A stretch of DNA of 63,952 bases, counting the filler, from Candidatus Omnitrophota bacterium (GTDB lineage: Bacteria; Omnitrophota; Gorgyraeia; JAGLLT01): the NCBI GenBank assembly GCA_023140385.1. It is 4 parts of 4 records of this genome, joined end to end, with 100 filler letters (N's around TTAATTAATTAA, not from the genome) between each part and the next. Parts side by side here need not be neighbours in the genome. Positions count along the whole stretch, not along the records: positions 1 to 23,062 come from JAGLLT010000003.1; positions 23,163 to 35,962 come from JAGLLT010000030.1; 2 more parts are not named here. The stretch is one strand, 5' to 3'. The notes under the pieces were generated by a model. That model was given only the letters and a program-made list of their open reading frames with translations, made no database searches and was not told the origin of the DNA. The translations under genes and the position numbers were made by a program. The stretch's first letter is position 1. Each line of letters opens with the position of its first letter. This document shows, piece by piece, positions 20,959-29,526 of this stretch.

Positions 20959-21058
20959 TCTTAAACTCTGTCCTCCTTCCTCAAACCTCTATATTATTCA
21001 CTGAATACCCCATCCCAACGTTACGGAAGGACTTAAAGGGGATTACATTCGAGGCTAT

Positions 21059-21087
21059 ATAGTAGCACAAGCCAAATGCTTTGTAAA
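21059..21087 (-). promoter_or_regulatory. Sigma70 promoter of rpsO-pnp
   Basis: Minus strand TTTACA-17 nt-TACTAT with extended TG. Confidence 0.6.
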
Positions 21088-21113
21088 GCATAATTTAAAG
21101 TAAATTATAGAGC

Positions 21114-22076
21114 CTAGACTTCACTAATTAATTTTTTCAGCTTTTTCATTTTAAAATAATTTTTTGTTTTTTTTACATCCGCCTCAATAGCTTTTTTGAG
21201 ACACGCGGCGTTTTTAAATCTTTTTTCATCCCGGATTTTTTTATAGAAGTGTATTTTTACATTTTTGCCGTAGATACTTTTTGAAAAGTTTAGAAGATAG
21301 GCTTCTATGGTTCTGTCCCGGTATGGATTTTTGTTGATTGTCGGGCGGTATCCGATGTTGACGGCTGCTCCATACTGCCTGCCGGAAAGGCCGGCTTGGC
21401 AGATGTAAACTCCTTCAGGGAGCAGTATGTCCTGGCGGAGTTTTAGATTAACGGTGGGGTATCCGAGCTTTGTTCCGTAACCGCTCCCCCTAATTACCGC
21501 CGCCTCTATAAAGTAAGGCCTGCCTAAAAGTGTGTTCGCGCGGCGCAGGCAGGCCTCTCTTAAGAGGTGCCTGATTAAGGTGCTTTTTACCGTTTTGCCG
21601 CCTCTTTTTACGGTTTTAACCCTGAGTATCTTGAAATCACATTCTACTCCCAGTTTATCTAAAAGATGAACGGTGCCCGCGGCGTCCTTACCAAATTTGT
21701 ACTCGGGGTTGACGGTTATGACAGACATACGCAGTTTTTTTATTAGTATCTCTGCAATAAACTTTTTTGCCTCCATAGACGCGAATTTTTTAGTAAAGTT
21801 GACAACCACGCATACGTCAACGCCCAATGACCCAATCAGCTCAAGGCGCTCCGAGAGAGTATTGATATAGTGCAGCTGCCTTTTGTTCCATAATTTTTCA
21901 GGGTGGGGTTCAAAGGTAATGGCAACGCTTTTTAATTTTAATTGGCGGGATTTTTCTACAAGAGAACTGATAATCCTGCGGTGCCCTAAATGGACGCCGT
22001 CAAATACTCCGAGCGTAACCGCGCTTCTGAATTTAACGTTTTTTAAAGATGTTAAGCCATTATAAACTTTCATCAT
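21114..22076 (-). CDS. ribF: Bifunctional riboflavin kinase/FAD synthetase
   Basis: GVFDGVHLGH, TFEPHP, STLIR, LGYPTVN, NIGYRPT, IRDEKRF. Confidence 0.95.
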   Translation of the reverse strand: MMKVYNGLTSLKNVKFRSAVTLGVFDGVHLGHRRIISSLVEKSRQLKLKSVAITFEPHPEKLWNKRQLHYINTLSERLELIGSLGVDVCVVVNFTKKFASMEAKKFIAEILIKKLRMSVITVNPEYKFGKDAAGTVHLLDKLGVECDFKILRVKTVKRGGKTVKSTLIRHLLREACLRRANTLLGRPYFIEAAVIRGSGYGTKLGYPTVNLKLRQDILLPEGVYICQAGLSGRQYGAAVNIGYRPTINKNPYRDRTIEAYLLNFSKSIYGKNVKIHFYKKIRDEKRFKNAACLKKAIEADVKKTKNYFKMKKLKKLISEV

Positions 22077-22755
22077 TTGCAACCGGTTTTAATTGTGTTA
22101 GTAATTGGTTGTCTGTCATTTTCTTTACCTCATTGAGGCTTACAGCGTTTTCTACGCTAAAAGGCTCCGACCGCAGACGCCTTAAAGAGGCCGCGCACCC
22201 GCCGCAGCCCAAAAGCTCCCCCATGTCCCGGCACAACGACCTTACGTAGGTGCCCTTAGAGCATTTTACCTTTAGATGAACATTGGGAAGGTTAAACTCT
22301 GTAATCCCGATTTCGTAAACAGTAACCTCTTTTTCCGGCAGGCTGAATTGCCTGCCCCGGCGGGCCAGTTCATACAGTTTTTTACCGTTTACCTTAACCG
22401 CCGAATACCGTGGGACGCGTTGCCTGATTTGCCCCCTAAAGCCTTCCAGGGCTTGCTCTACCTGCCGGCGGCTGACTGTTATATTATCCTGCCTGCTTTC
22501 TATTTTTCCCGCGGTATCGTCGGTATCTGTGCGGACACCCAGAAGGCAGGTTACCTCGTACTCCTTATCGCCGCCCAAGAGCCTGCCGGAGGCCTTGGTA
22601 GCAGTACCTATGAGGATTACCAAAAGTCCGGTTGCCGCGGGATCGAGGGTACCCGCGTGCCCCACTTTTTTTATCTTAAATTTTTTTCTGATTATGTCAA
22701 CCACATCGTGCGAAGTCGGTCCGGCAGGTTTATCAACTAATAAAATACCGTTCAT
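22060..22755 (-). CDS. truB: tRNA pseudouridine(55) synthase
   Basis: DKPAGPTSHD, KVGHAGTLDP, YSAVKVNG, CSKGTYVRSL. Confidence 0.96.
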   Translation of the reverse strand: MNGILLVDKPAGPTSHDVVDIIRKKFKIKKVGHAGTLDPAATGLLVILIGTATKASGRLLGGDKEYEVTCLLGVRTDTDDTAGKIESRQDNITVSRRQVEQALEGFRGQIRQRVPRYSAVKVNGKKLYELARRGRQFSLPEKEVTVYEIGITEFNLPNVHLKVKCSKGTYVRSLCRDMGELLGCGGCAASLRRLRSEPFSVENAVSLNEVKKMTDNQLLTQLKPVANDESL

Positions 22756-23062
22756 CTAATAATCTTTTTAACCTCTTTAATAATCATCCGCTCAACCGCG
22801 TCCATATTTCCTCTTATTGTACAGCCGCTTGCCCTGTGATGGCCGCCGCCTTTAAAAATACCGGCTAATTTATTTACGTTGATCCTGCTTTTAGAGCGAA
22901 AGCTGGCCTTTACTATACCCTTTTGTTTATCGTGCCTGAGAAGAATACCGAGATCAACACCCTTAATGCTTTTCGGGTAGTTTACAAACCCATCGGTGTG
23001 CTCGGAGCCGGTGCCGGTTTGTTCATACATATTGTTAAGCACCTTCATAACAGCGGCTTTAC
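22752..23062 (-). CDS. nrnA: DHH/DHHA1 family oligoribonuclease/PAP phosphatase, C-terminal fragment (5' end lost at contig edge)
   Basis: KASFRS, GGGHHRASGC DHHA1 motif; usual position upstream of truB. Confidence 0.85.
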
Positions 23063-23162
23063 NNNNNNNNNNNNNNNNNNNNNNNNNNNNNNNNNNNNNN
23101 NNNNNNTTAATTAATTAANNNNNNNNNNNNNNNNNNNNNNNNNNNNNNNNNNNNNNNNNNNN
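23063..23162. other. Artificial contig spacer
   Basis: 100 nt of Ns around TTAATTAATTAA (stops in all six frames). Confidence 0.97.
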
Positions 23163-23225
23163 GAGCTATGAGCTATGAGCTTTTTTTGCACAACTCTTTA
23201 CAATCAAACAAGTTATATTATTTGG

Positions 23226-24122
23226 TTACAAATCGGCTTCTTTTTTATAACTACTGTACCCGCTGGCTTTTTTTAGCAGGTTAATTAGCCTCTCCAGGTC
23301 TCCGGCTGTGTAATAATCTATTTGTATTTTACCTTTTTTTCTGCCGCAGACAATTGTAACTTTTGTACCCAGGGCGCGCTGCAGCTCCTCTTCGACAGCC
23401 TTAATGTGGGGGTCGTTATCCTCCGCCCAAGCACTTCTTTGCGCTTTTTTCAGGGGAGACTTAACGGCCCGCTCAACCTCTCTGACCGAAATGCCCTTTT
23501 TCACAATCTCTTCAGCTAAAAATATTTGTTGCGCGGCGTCAGTAATGGCCAATAGGGCTCTGGCGTGACCCATAGACAGTGTTCCACGTGAAACATAGTC
23601 CTGAATCATTAGGGGGAGCTTGAGCAATCTCAGGGTGTTGGCTACCGTAGATCTTTCCTTGCCGACAGACTTAGCCACCTTCTCCTGAGTTAAACCAAAC
23701 TCATCAATTAACCGCTCGTAAGCATGGGCCTCTTCAACAGCATTAAGCTCTTCACGCTGGATATTCTCCACTAAAGACAACTCAAGGGCCTCAAGGTCTT
23801 TAACGTTCCTGATAAGAGCCGGAACTTCTTTAAAGCCAAGCTCCTTCATCGCCCTCAACCTTCTCTCTCCCGCAATTAACTCAAAAGCTTCATTGTCATC
23901 CGCTGGCTTAAGACGCCTGACAACAATGGGCTGCATTATCCCTTTTTCTTTAATAGAGGAGACTAACTCAGCGTGCTTTTGAGAGTCAAAGTTCATGCGG
24001 GGCTGAAACCTGCTGGCAGAGATTAAATCTGCCTGAATGTAAACTACCTGGTCATGTTTATCAACAGGTTCTTTTTGAGGTATTAAGGCTCCTATTCCCT
24101 TACCCAATGCCTTTTTTTTCAT
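23226..24122 (-). CDS. parB: Chromosome partitioning protein ParB (Spo0J)
   Basis: ALGKGIGALI, QPR..F, LIAGERRLRA, ENIQREELN, RSTVANTLRLL, MGHARALL. Confidence 0.97.
   Translation of the reverse strand: MKKKALGKGIGALIPQKEPVDKHDQVVYIQADLISASRFQPRMNFDSQKHAELVSSIKEKGIMQPIVVRRLKPADDNEAFELIAGERRLRAMKELGFKEVPALIRNVKDLEALELSLVENIQREELNAVEEAHAYERLIDEFGLTQEKVAKSVGKERSTVANTLRLLKLPLMIQDYVSRGTLSMGHARALLAITDAAQQIFLAEEIVKKGISVREVERAVKSPLKKAQRSAWAEDNDPHIKAVEEELQRALGTKVTIVCGRKKGKIQIDYYTAGDLERLINLLKKASGYSSYKKEADL
23580..23595. promoter_or_regulatory. parS centromere site inside parB
   Basis: TGTTCCACGTGAAACA fits the consensus TGTTNCACGTGAAACA. Confidence 0.9.
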
Positions 24123-24152
24123 AACATTACTCCAGTTATTAACAAGTTATTC

Positions 24153-24437
24153 TTAACGCAAGCTCCTTGGGCCTCCCATTAAACAACTCACCACCAATAT
24201 AGCCACAAACAAGAAGCTGAGCGCAATACCAAAAACAGCAAATCCGCGTCCCGACTTTTTGCCCAACCCTATCTCCCGCATAGCAACAAGCCCAAAAATA
24301 GCCGCTACCATGGCCTTCTCAAAATTATATAGCGGAACAAAAATTATTATACCCACCACAAAACTGGCAATAGCCAACCGGCTAACCTCGAGACCCTGCC
24401 TGCTCTCCTTCGGAAATCTTCTGGTTTCTTTCATCAA
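24153..24437 (-). CDS. Small membrane protein (DUF4190-like)
   Basis: SRLAIASFVVG...AAIFGLVAMREI...KSGRGFAVFGIAL pattern, 2-3 TM segments. Confidence 0.65.
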   Translation of the reverse strand: MMKETRRFPKESRQGLEVSRLAIASFVVGIIIFVPLYNFEKAMVAAIFGLVAMREIGLGKKSGRGFAVFGIALSFLFVAILVVSCLMGGPRSLR

Positions 24438-25224
24438 TCTCTTTCTCTTCGCTACTTATTATAATATGCCGCTCTAATATCTCTTCCGCAAGCTCTTTAT
24501 ATTTTTGTGCTCCCACAGAGGCTTCATCATATAATGCTACCGGCAATCCATAACTTGGTGCCTCGCTTAATCTTATGTTGCGCGGAACAATTGTCTTATA
24601 AACCTTTTCTCCAAAATGAGACCGGATCTCATCTATTACTTCGTGAGTAAGCTTAGTACGAAAGTCCGCCATGGTGAGGATAATGCCCTCCATTTCAATT
24701 CCGGCGTTCAAATTATCTTTTACTAACTTTATAGTTTCTAAAAGCTTGGTCAGGCCTTCAAGCGCGTAGTATTCGCACTGCAAGGGTACCAAAAGAGAGT
24801 CGCAGGCGGTCAGCGAGTTGATTGTCAGCAGGCCTAAGGAGGGTGGTGTGTCAATAATTATATAATCGTAGAGCTCAGCGACCTCTTTGAGAGCGTTTTT
24901 TAGCTTATACTCCCTGGCTACAGCACCTACAAGCTCTATTTCTAAACCGGTTAAATCTACATTAGACGGCGCAATAAAAAAATTGTCTATATGTATATTT
25001 TTGATGGCTTCAGAGATCTGAATATTGCCCAAAAGGACACCATACATGCTGTTATTAATGGCCGCCTTATTAACACCCAGGCCGCTGGTAGCATTGCCCT
25101 GGGGATCCATATCTATAAGAAGAATTTTTTTGTGGAGTATCGCCAGATAGGCCGAAAGATTAATAGCGGTAGTTGTTTTGCCTACACCGCCCTTTTGGTT
25201 GCATATAGCTACAACCTTGCCCAT
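24382..25224 (-). CDS. parA: Chromosome partitioning ATPase ParA (Soj)
   Basis: NQKGGVGKTTT, DMDPQGNAT, DTPPSLG, QCEYYALEG, PRNIRLSEAPSYG. Confidence 0.97.
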   Translation of the reverse strand: MGKVVAICNQKGGVGKTTTAINLSAYLAILHKKILLIDMDPQGNATSGLGVNKAAINNSMYGVLLGNIQISEAIKNIHIDNFFIAPSNVDLTGLEIELVGAVAREYKLKNALKEVAELYDYIIIDTPPSLGLLTINSLTACDSLLVPLQCEYYALEGLTKLLETIKLVKDNLNAGIEMEGIILTMADFRTKLTHEVIDEIRSHFGEKVYKTIVPRNIRLSEAPSYGLPVALYDEASVGAQKYKELAEEILERHIIISSEEKEIDERNQKISEGEQAGSRG

Positions 25225-25238
25225 ATATCCCCCAGAAA

Positions 25239-25254
25239 TGTTTCACGTGGAACA
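25239..25254. promoter_or_regulatory. parS site upstream of parA, overlapping the jag stop codon
   Basis: TGTTTCACGTGGAACA (reverse complement TGTTCCACGTGAAACA). Confidence 0.9.
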
Positions 25255-25446
25255 TTGCCCGCTATGTTCTTTTAGAGTTACCCTTACCTTGGCCCGCCTT
25301 GAACCATTCATTCCAAACAGGCCCTTGTTTCCCTCTGCCAGCACCTTAACCTCAACCTGGCTTCTTGTCACACTTAGCTTCTTCAGGGCTTTCTTTATCG
25401 CGTCTTTAACAGTAGCGCCACTCACATCAATTATCTTTATAAGCAC
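25243..25446 (-). CDS. jag: Jag N-terminal domain-only protein
   Basis: G.TV.DAI..AL..L......VEVKVL.EG.KGLFG......AKVRV. Follows yidC; lacks KH and R3H domains. Confidence 0.8.
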   Translation of the reverse strand: MLIKIIDVSGATVKDAIKKALKKLSVTRSQVEVKVLAEGNKGLFGMNGSRRAKVRVTLKEHSGQCST

Positions 25447-25449
25447 TTC

Positions 25450-27126
25450 TTAAACCCCCGCTTCTGTGGGTGCTGTCAGCGCACTGTTATTAGTCATTCG
25501 CCTTTGAATTAAATAGTGCGTCGCGGTCATAAGAAGGGCGTTAGTTGTCCAATATAACACCAACCCCGACGGCAAGCTATAAAACATAAATCCAAAAACA
25601 ACCGGCATCAATAACATCATATTTTGTTGTTGTTCGCTGCCAGGGGCCCCGGTTGACTTTACTCCCATTGAAACTTTTTGCTGAAGAATCATGGCTCCAA
25701 TCATAATAATCGGCAAAAGATTAAAGTTGTCTCCTAAAATTGGCAACTTTGCCGGAAAAGGAAAGAAAGCATCGGGTTGCGATAAGTCTTTTATCCACAT
25801 AAAGTTAGAACCCGCAAGCTCTGAAGACCTCGCCAGAGTTATATAGAGAGCCATAAATATCGGCATCTGAAGTAACATGGGTAGGCAGCCGCCTAGGGGA
25901 TTTATTTTGTGCTCACGATAAAACTTCATCATCTCCGCTTGAAGCTTTTGCTTATCATCTTTATGAAGCTCTTTCAGCTTCGCCATATGCGGCTGAACGG
26001 CCTGCATCTGCTTCATAGACTTAACGTTTTTGAGGGTTAAGGGGAAGGTGCATACGCTAATTAAAACAACCAACATTATAATCGCCAACCCGTAATTATG
26101 AGATAGGCCATAAAAAAAGTTTAACACCTTAATTAGGGGTTGACAGAAAAAGTTGAGCTTGCCGTAATTAAAGGCCTTTGCCAGTCCTAACGGCTCAAGG
26201 TAGGTAAGGGCGGTGGGCCCCGCGTATAGGGCATACTCATGAATCACGCGGCCGCCTTGAGGTATAATAAACTCTTCCGTTTTTATACCTATAGACCATC
26301 GATCGCTCTGCTCCTTGTCTTTGCCCAGCCAGCGCATATATCCGCAACTCGTTTTCTGATAAGCTGTTATGATAGTTGAAAAGTGGGTGTTTCTCAAAAC
26401 AAGCCAGTCGTTCTCGCCGGTAATTTCGAGCTCGCTTCCCCTCTTTCCAAGAGAAATGGCATCGCGCAAGCTTTGCCACCTAAGAACGCCGCCCGCAAAA
26501 GAGCCAATGTTAGTAAAGCGCTTATCAAGCGGCAGGCTTCTGTCTATTCCGCTGGGACCTGACAGCATATAAGAGAAAAACTTGTCCCCCTTAGAAAGAT
26601 TCTCAATTGATATCTCTAACTCTATATTATAATTAGTGTTAGGAAAAATAAACCTTTTTTTTATGCGGTAGTTGTTTTTTTCCTCATAAACATAGGTAAT
26701 AGAGTTATTGCTGTGATTTGTAAGCTCGTAGACGGCCTCTGTGCTTGGCAGCCCTCCAATTTTTTTTATTTCAAGAGAGCCCTCGCCCAGCTCCGCGGCA
26801 TACAGCAATCTAACCGGCAAGCTGTCACCCGGCTTTTTGAGATAAAGTTCTTTTATGCACCCTCCCCTATTCGTTAATGTTATATTAAAACAGTCTGTTT
26901 CTATCTTGGTTTCAATTGTCTTTTTATCGGAGCTTTTGGGCGGTACAGATAAAACATCCCCCGCCGGCCGGCCGGCCGCGTCTTCGGCTACAATCAGCTT
27001 TTCCGCGCTTTGTTTTTCTACTACAGCCTGTGTATCAATTTGCGGTTTTTTATTAAAAAAAGAAAAGGCTGCTAAAATCGCAACCGTTAAGGCAATAGCC
27101 AAAATAAATCTCTTCTGATCATTCAT
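25450..27126 (-). CDS. yidC: Membrane protein insertase YidC
   Basis: Periplasmic domain, NYGLAII, FPL, INPLGGCLPMLLQMPIF, WIKDLSQPD, LPSGLVLYW. Confidence 0.96.
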   Translation of the reverse strand: MNDQKRFILAIALTVAILAAFSFFNKKPQIDTQAVVEKQSAEKLIVAEDAAGRPAGDVLSVPPKSSDKKTIETKIETDCFNITLTNRGGCIKELYLKKPGDSLPVRLLYAAELGEGSLEIKKIGGLPSTEAVYELTNHSNNSITYVYEEKNNYRIKKRFIFPNTNYNIELEISIENLSKGDKFFSYMLSGPSGIDRSLPLDKRFTNIGSFAGGVLRWQSLRDAISLGKRGSELEITGENDWLVLRNTHFSTIITAYQKTSCGYMRWLGKDKEQSDRWSIGIKTEEFIIPQGGRVIHEYALYAGPTALTYLEPLGLAKAFNYGKLNFFCQPLIKVLNFFYGLSHNYGLAIIMLVVLISVCTFPLTLKNVKSMKQMQAVQPHMAKLKELHKDDKQKLQAEMMKFYREHKINPLGGCLPMLLQMPIFMALYITLARSSELAGSNFMWIKDLSQPDAFFPFPAKLPILGDNFNLLPIIMIGAMILQQKVSMGVKSTGAPGSEQQQNMMLLMPVVFGFMFYSLPSGLVLYWTTNALLMTATHYLIQRRMTNNSALTAPTEAGV

Positions 27127-27370
27127 CTATTAATAACTTCTCCTGCTTTTGGCGGGGAGGATCGTATCCCCCGGCCGTGAATGGATGGCATCTTATTACC
27201 CTCAAAAGCGCTCTTAATCCGCCCCTAAAGACACCGTTTTTTCTTATCGATTCTATGGCATACTCGGAGCAGGTTGGATAAAATCTGCACGCGGGCATTC
27301 TGTGCGAGGTAAAATGTCGACGATAAAACTGTATAATCAAGATTAATACTGTTTGAGACGCCCGCACCAT
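27119..27370 (-). CDS. yidD: Membrane protein insertion efficiency factor YidD
   Basis: CRFYPTCSEY, RVIRCHPF..GGYDP. Confidence 0.95.
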   Translation of the reverse strand: MVRASQTVLILIIQFYRRHFTSHRMPACRFYPTCSEYAIESIRKNGVFRGGLRALLRVIRCHPFTAGGYDPPRQKQEKLLIDE

Positions 27371-27379
27371 TGCTCCTCG

Positions 27380-27416
27380 AAAAACAGACGAGCGCGTGAA
27401 CCGCGCCCTCTTTTTT
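27380..27416 (-). terminator. Hairpin, possible terminator between rpmH and yidD
   Basis: Minus strand gagggcgcg-gttca-cgcgctcgtc followed by tgtttttc. Confidence 0.45.
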
Positions 27417-27450
27417 CACTTTGTCCGGTTGAGAAATACAGAGACTTAAG

Positions 27451-27588
27451 TTAAACAGAAAGCTTCTTGGCGCCCTTTTGTCGTCGGGCCTTAAGGATCC
27501 TCCTGCCGCTTTTCGTCTTCATTCTCTTCATAAAACCGTGTTTTCTGTTTCTTTTTCTATTGGAAGTCGGCTTGAGATTTTTCTTCAT
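27451..27588 (-). CDS. rpmH: 50S ribosomal protein L34
   Basis: Below the ORF-track cutoff. Manual translation [45 protein letters not shown]. Confidence 0.96.
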   Translation of the reverse strand: MKKNLKPTSNRKRNRKHGFMKRMKTKSGRRILKARRQKGAKKLSV

Positions 27589-27630
27589 AATACCGTAAAT
27601 TATAACACACAAAAAAAGCAAGTCAAGGAA

Positions 27631-27766
27631 AAATAGCGTATGGCGTTCCGAGTAGCGTATAGCGTTTAGCGCTTAGCGCATAAAACACATAAAAAGCAAA
27701 AAAACCAACTCACCTGTTTATCCGCTAAGCGCTATTTGCTATCCGCTATTAATCATTCGCTATTTT
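27631..27766. repeat. Inverted heptamer-repeat element (TAGCGTA-like units / TCCGCTA-like units) between the rpmH and dnaA promoters
   Basis: TAGCGTA TGGCGTT ... TAGCGTA TAGCGTT TAGCGCT TAGCGCA, 40-nt spacer, TCCGCTA AGCGCTA TTTGCTA TCCGCTA ... TTCGCTA. Confidence 0.8.
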
Positions 27767-27791
27767 AATTTTATAAAGTTGTAGTTTTTTC

Positions 27792-27960
27792 TTGCAATCA
27801 AAAAATTGTTTGCTATAATATAGCCGAATGCAGATCTGTGAGCATCTTGTGGAAAACTGTTAATAACTTTTGCTTTAAGCCCACCAGCCGCGCGTGGCTT
27901 CATCGTAAGTTATTATATATCAAGCGGTAGTTATAAATAATTACTAACAAATTATACACA
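27792..27960 (+). promoter_or_regulatory. dnaA promoter and upstream DnaA boxes
   Basis: TTGCAA-16 nt-TATAAT (27792-27819). Boxes TGTGGAAAA 27848-27856, TGTTAATAA 27858-27866, TTATACACA 27952-27960. Confidence 0.7.
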
Positions 27961-27973
27961 CCCAAAAATAATT

Positions 27974-29314
27974 ATGGCTATATTGCTTTCAAAGGATGTC
28001 TGGAGAAAACTCAAGCTGGTTTTAAAAGGACAGCTTAATCCACAGAGTTTTAACGTCTGGCTGGCTCCAACTCAGGCCGTTTCTTTTAAAGACGATATTA
28101 TAAACGTAGAGGTTCCTAATAAATTCTTTAAGGGCTGGCTGGAAGAACACTACTCTGAAAAAATAGCGCAAACCCTATCGGAGTTGGCCGGTAAAAATAT
28201 TGGCGTTAATTATATTATAAACGAGGAGCGGGCGGGATGGGCGCAGGAAAAAATCACCAATCCTTCTCACGCGCCTAAACCGGCTTTGGCGCTTTTTAAT
28301 ATAAATCCAAAATACACCTTTGATGATTTCGTAGTGGGGTCATCTAACCGCTTCGCGCACGCGGCCTCTTTGGCTGTCGCTGAAAAACCGGCCGCCGCCT
28401 ATAATCCATTATTTCTATATGGCGGAGTTGGTTTGGGCAAAACTCATCTTATGCAGGCCATATGCCATCACCTCATAAGTCATTCACCCCACATCAAGCC
28501 TTTTTACATTTCCAGCGAAAAGTTCACCAATCAGCTAATAAATGCCATTCAAAACAGAACCACTTTAAAGTTTAGAGAAAAATATAGAAACGTCGACGTG
28601 CTTTTGGTCGACGATATTCAGTTTATAGCCGGCAAAGAGAGTACGCAGGAAGAGTTTTTTCACACCTTTAACGCTTTACGCGAAGCTCACAAACAAATAG
28701 TTATATCCAGTGACCGCCCGCCAAAAGATATCCCGGCCCTTGAAGAAAGGCTTGTCTCGCGCTTTGAGGGAGGCTTAATCACCGACATACAGCCGCCGGA
28801 CTTTGAGACAAGAATGGCAATTTTAAGAAAAAAAGCTGAAAAAGAAGTTATCACGGTTCCCAATGAGGTTACATCGTTTATCGCCGAAAAAATAAAGTCT
28901 AATATTAGAGAGCTTGAGGGGGCGCTAATTAGAGTGGTTGCTTACGCTTTATTGATAGGCCGGGAAATATCACTTGATTTGGCGCGAGAAGTATTAAAAG
29001 AAACTCTTTTTTTTGAACAAGAAAAGCGCATTACCATTGACTTAATTCAAAAGAAGGTGGCGGAGCATTTTGATATCCGAATATCTGATATGAAGATAAA
29101 AAAAAGAACTCGGGCCATAGCCTTTCCCAGACAAATAGCAATGTATTTATCCAGAGAATTAACCGACGGGTCTTTGCCGGAGATTGGAGAAGCCTTTGGC
29201 GGAAAAGATCACACAACAGTTTTATATGCTTATGACAAAATTAATAAGATAATAAATGAGAATCCTGATAAAAAAGCTCTTATTAACAAACTAACCTCAG
29301 ATATTAGGGGTTAG
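27974..29314 (+). CDS. dnaA: Chromosomal replication initiator DnaA
   Basis: YNPLFLYGGVGLGKTHL, DDIQF, QEEFFHTFN, NIRELEGAL, RQIAMYL, GGKDHTTV. Confidence 0.99.
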   Translation: MAILLSKDVWRKLKLVLKGQLNPQSFNVWLAPTQAVSFKDDIINVEVPNKFFKGWLEEHYSEKIAQTLSELAGKNIGVNYIINEERAGWAQEKITNPSHAPKPALALFNINPKYTFDDFVVGSSNRFAHAASLAVAEKPAAAYNPLFLYGGVGLGKTHLMQAICHHLISHSPHIKPFYISSEKFTNQLINAIQNRTTLKFREKYRNVDVLLVDDIQFIAGKESTQEEFFHTFNALREAHKQIVISSDRPPKDIPALEERLVSRFEGGLITDIQPPDFETRMAILRKKAEKEVITVPNEVTSFIAEKIKSNIRELEGALIRVVAYALLIGREISLDLAREVLKETLFFEQEKRITIDLIQKKVAEHFDIRISDMKIKKRTRAIAFPRQIAMYLSRELTDGSLPEIGEAFGGKDHTTVLYAYDKINKIINENPDKKALINKLTSDIRG

Positions 29315-29515
29315 TTGTGGATAATATGTTGATAACTTTAAAAAAACGCCTATCGCTGTATTTTTTTAGACCTTTTTAACCGTTATTCACATAATGTAAG
29401 AACAGGGAAAAGCTTATAAGTAATGTCAAAATTGCAGGTTACGCGGTTACTAACATATCAACAGGGTTATTACTATTACTACGGTTTTTTAATAATTAAA
29501 TAATATATCATAATT
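29315..29515. other. oriC: Replication origin oriC (dnaA-dnaN intergenic unwinding region)
   Basis: Perfect box TGTGGATAA 29316-29324; TGTTGATAA 29327-29335; TTATTCACA 29383-29391; degenerate tandem boxes 29447-29463, then GGG, trio-like TTATTACTATTACTAC and an AT-rich tract. Gene orientation diverges around this locus. Confidence 0.85.
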
Positions 29516-29526
29516 GGGGAATGGTA

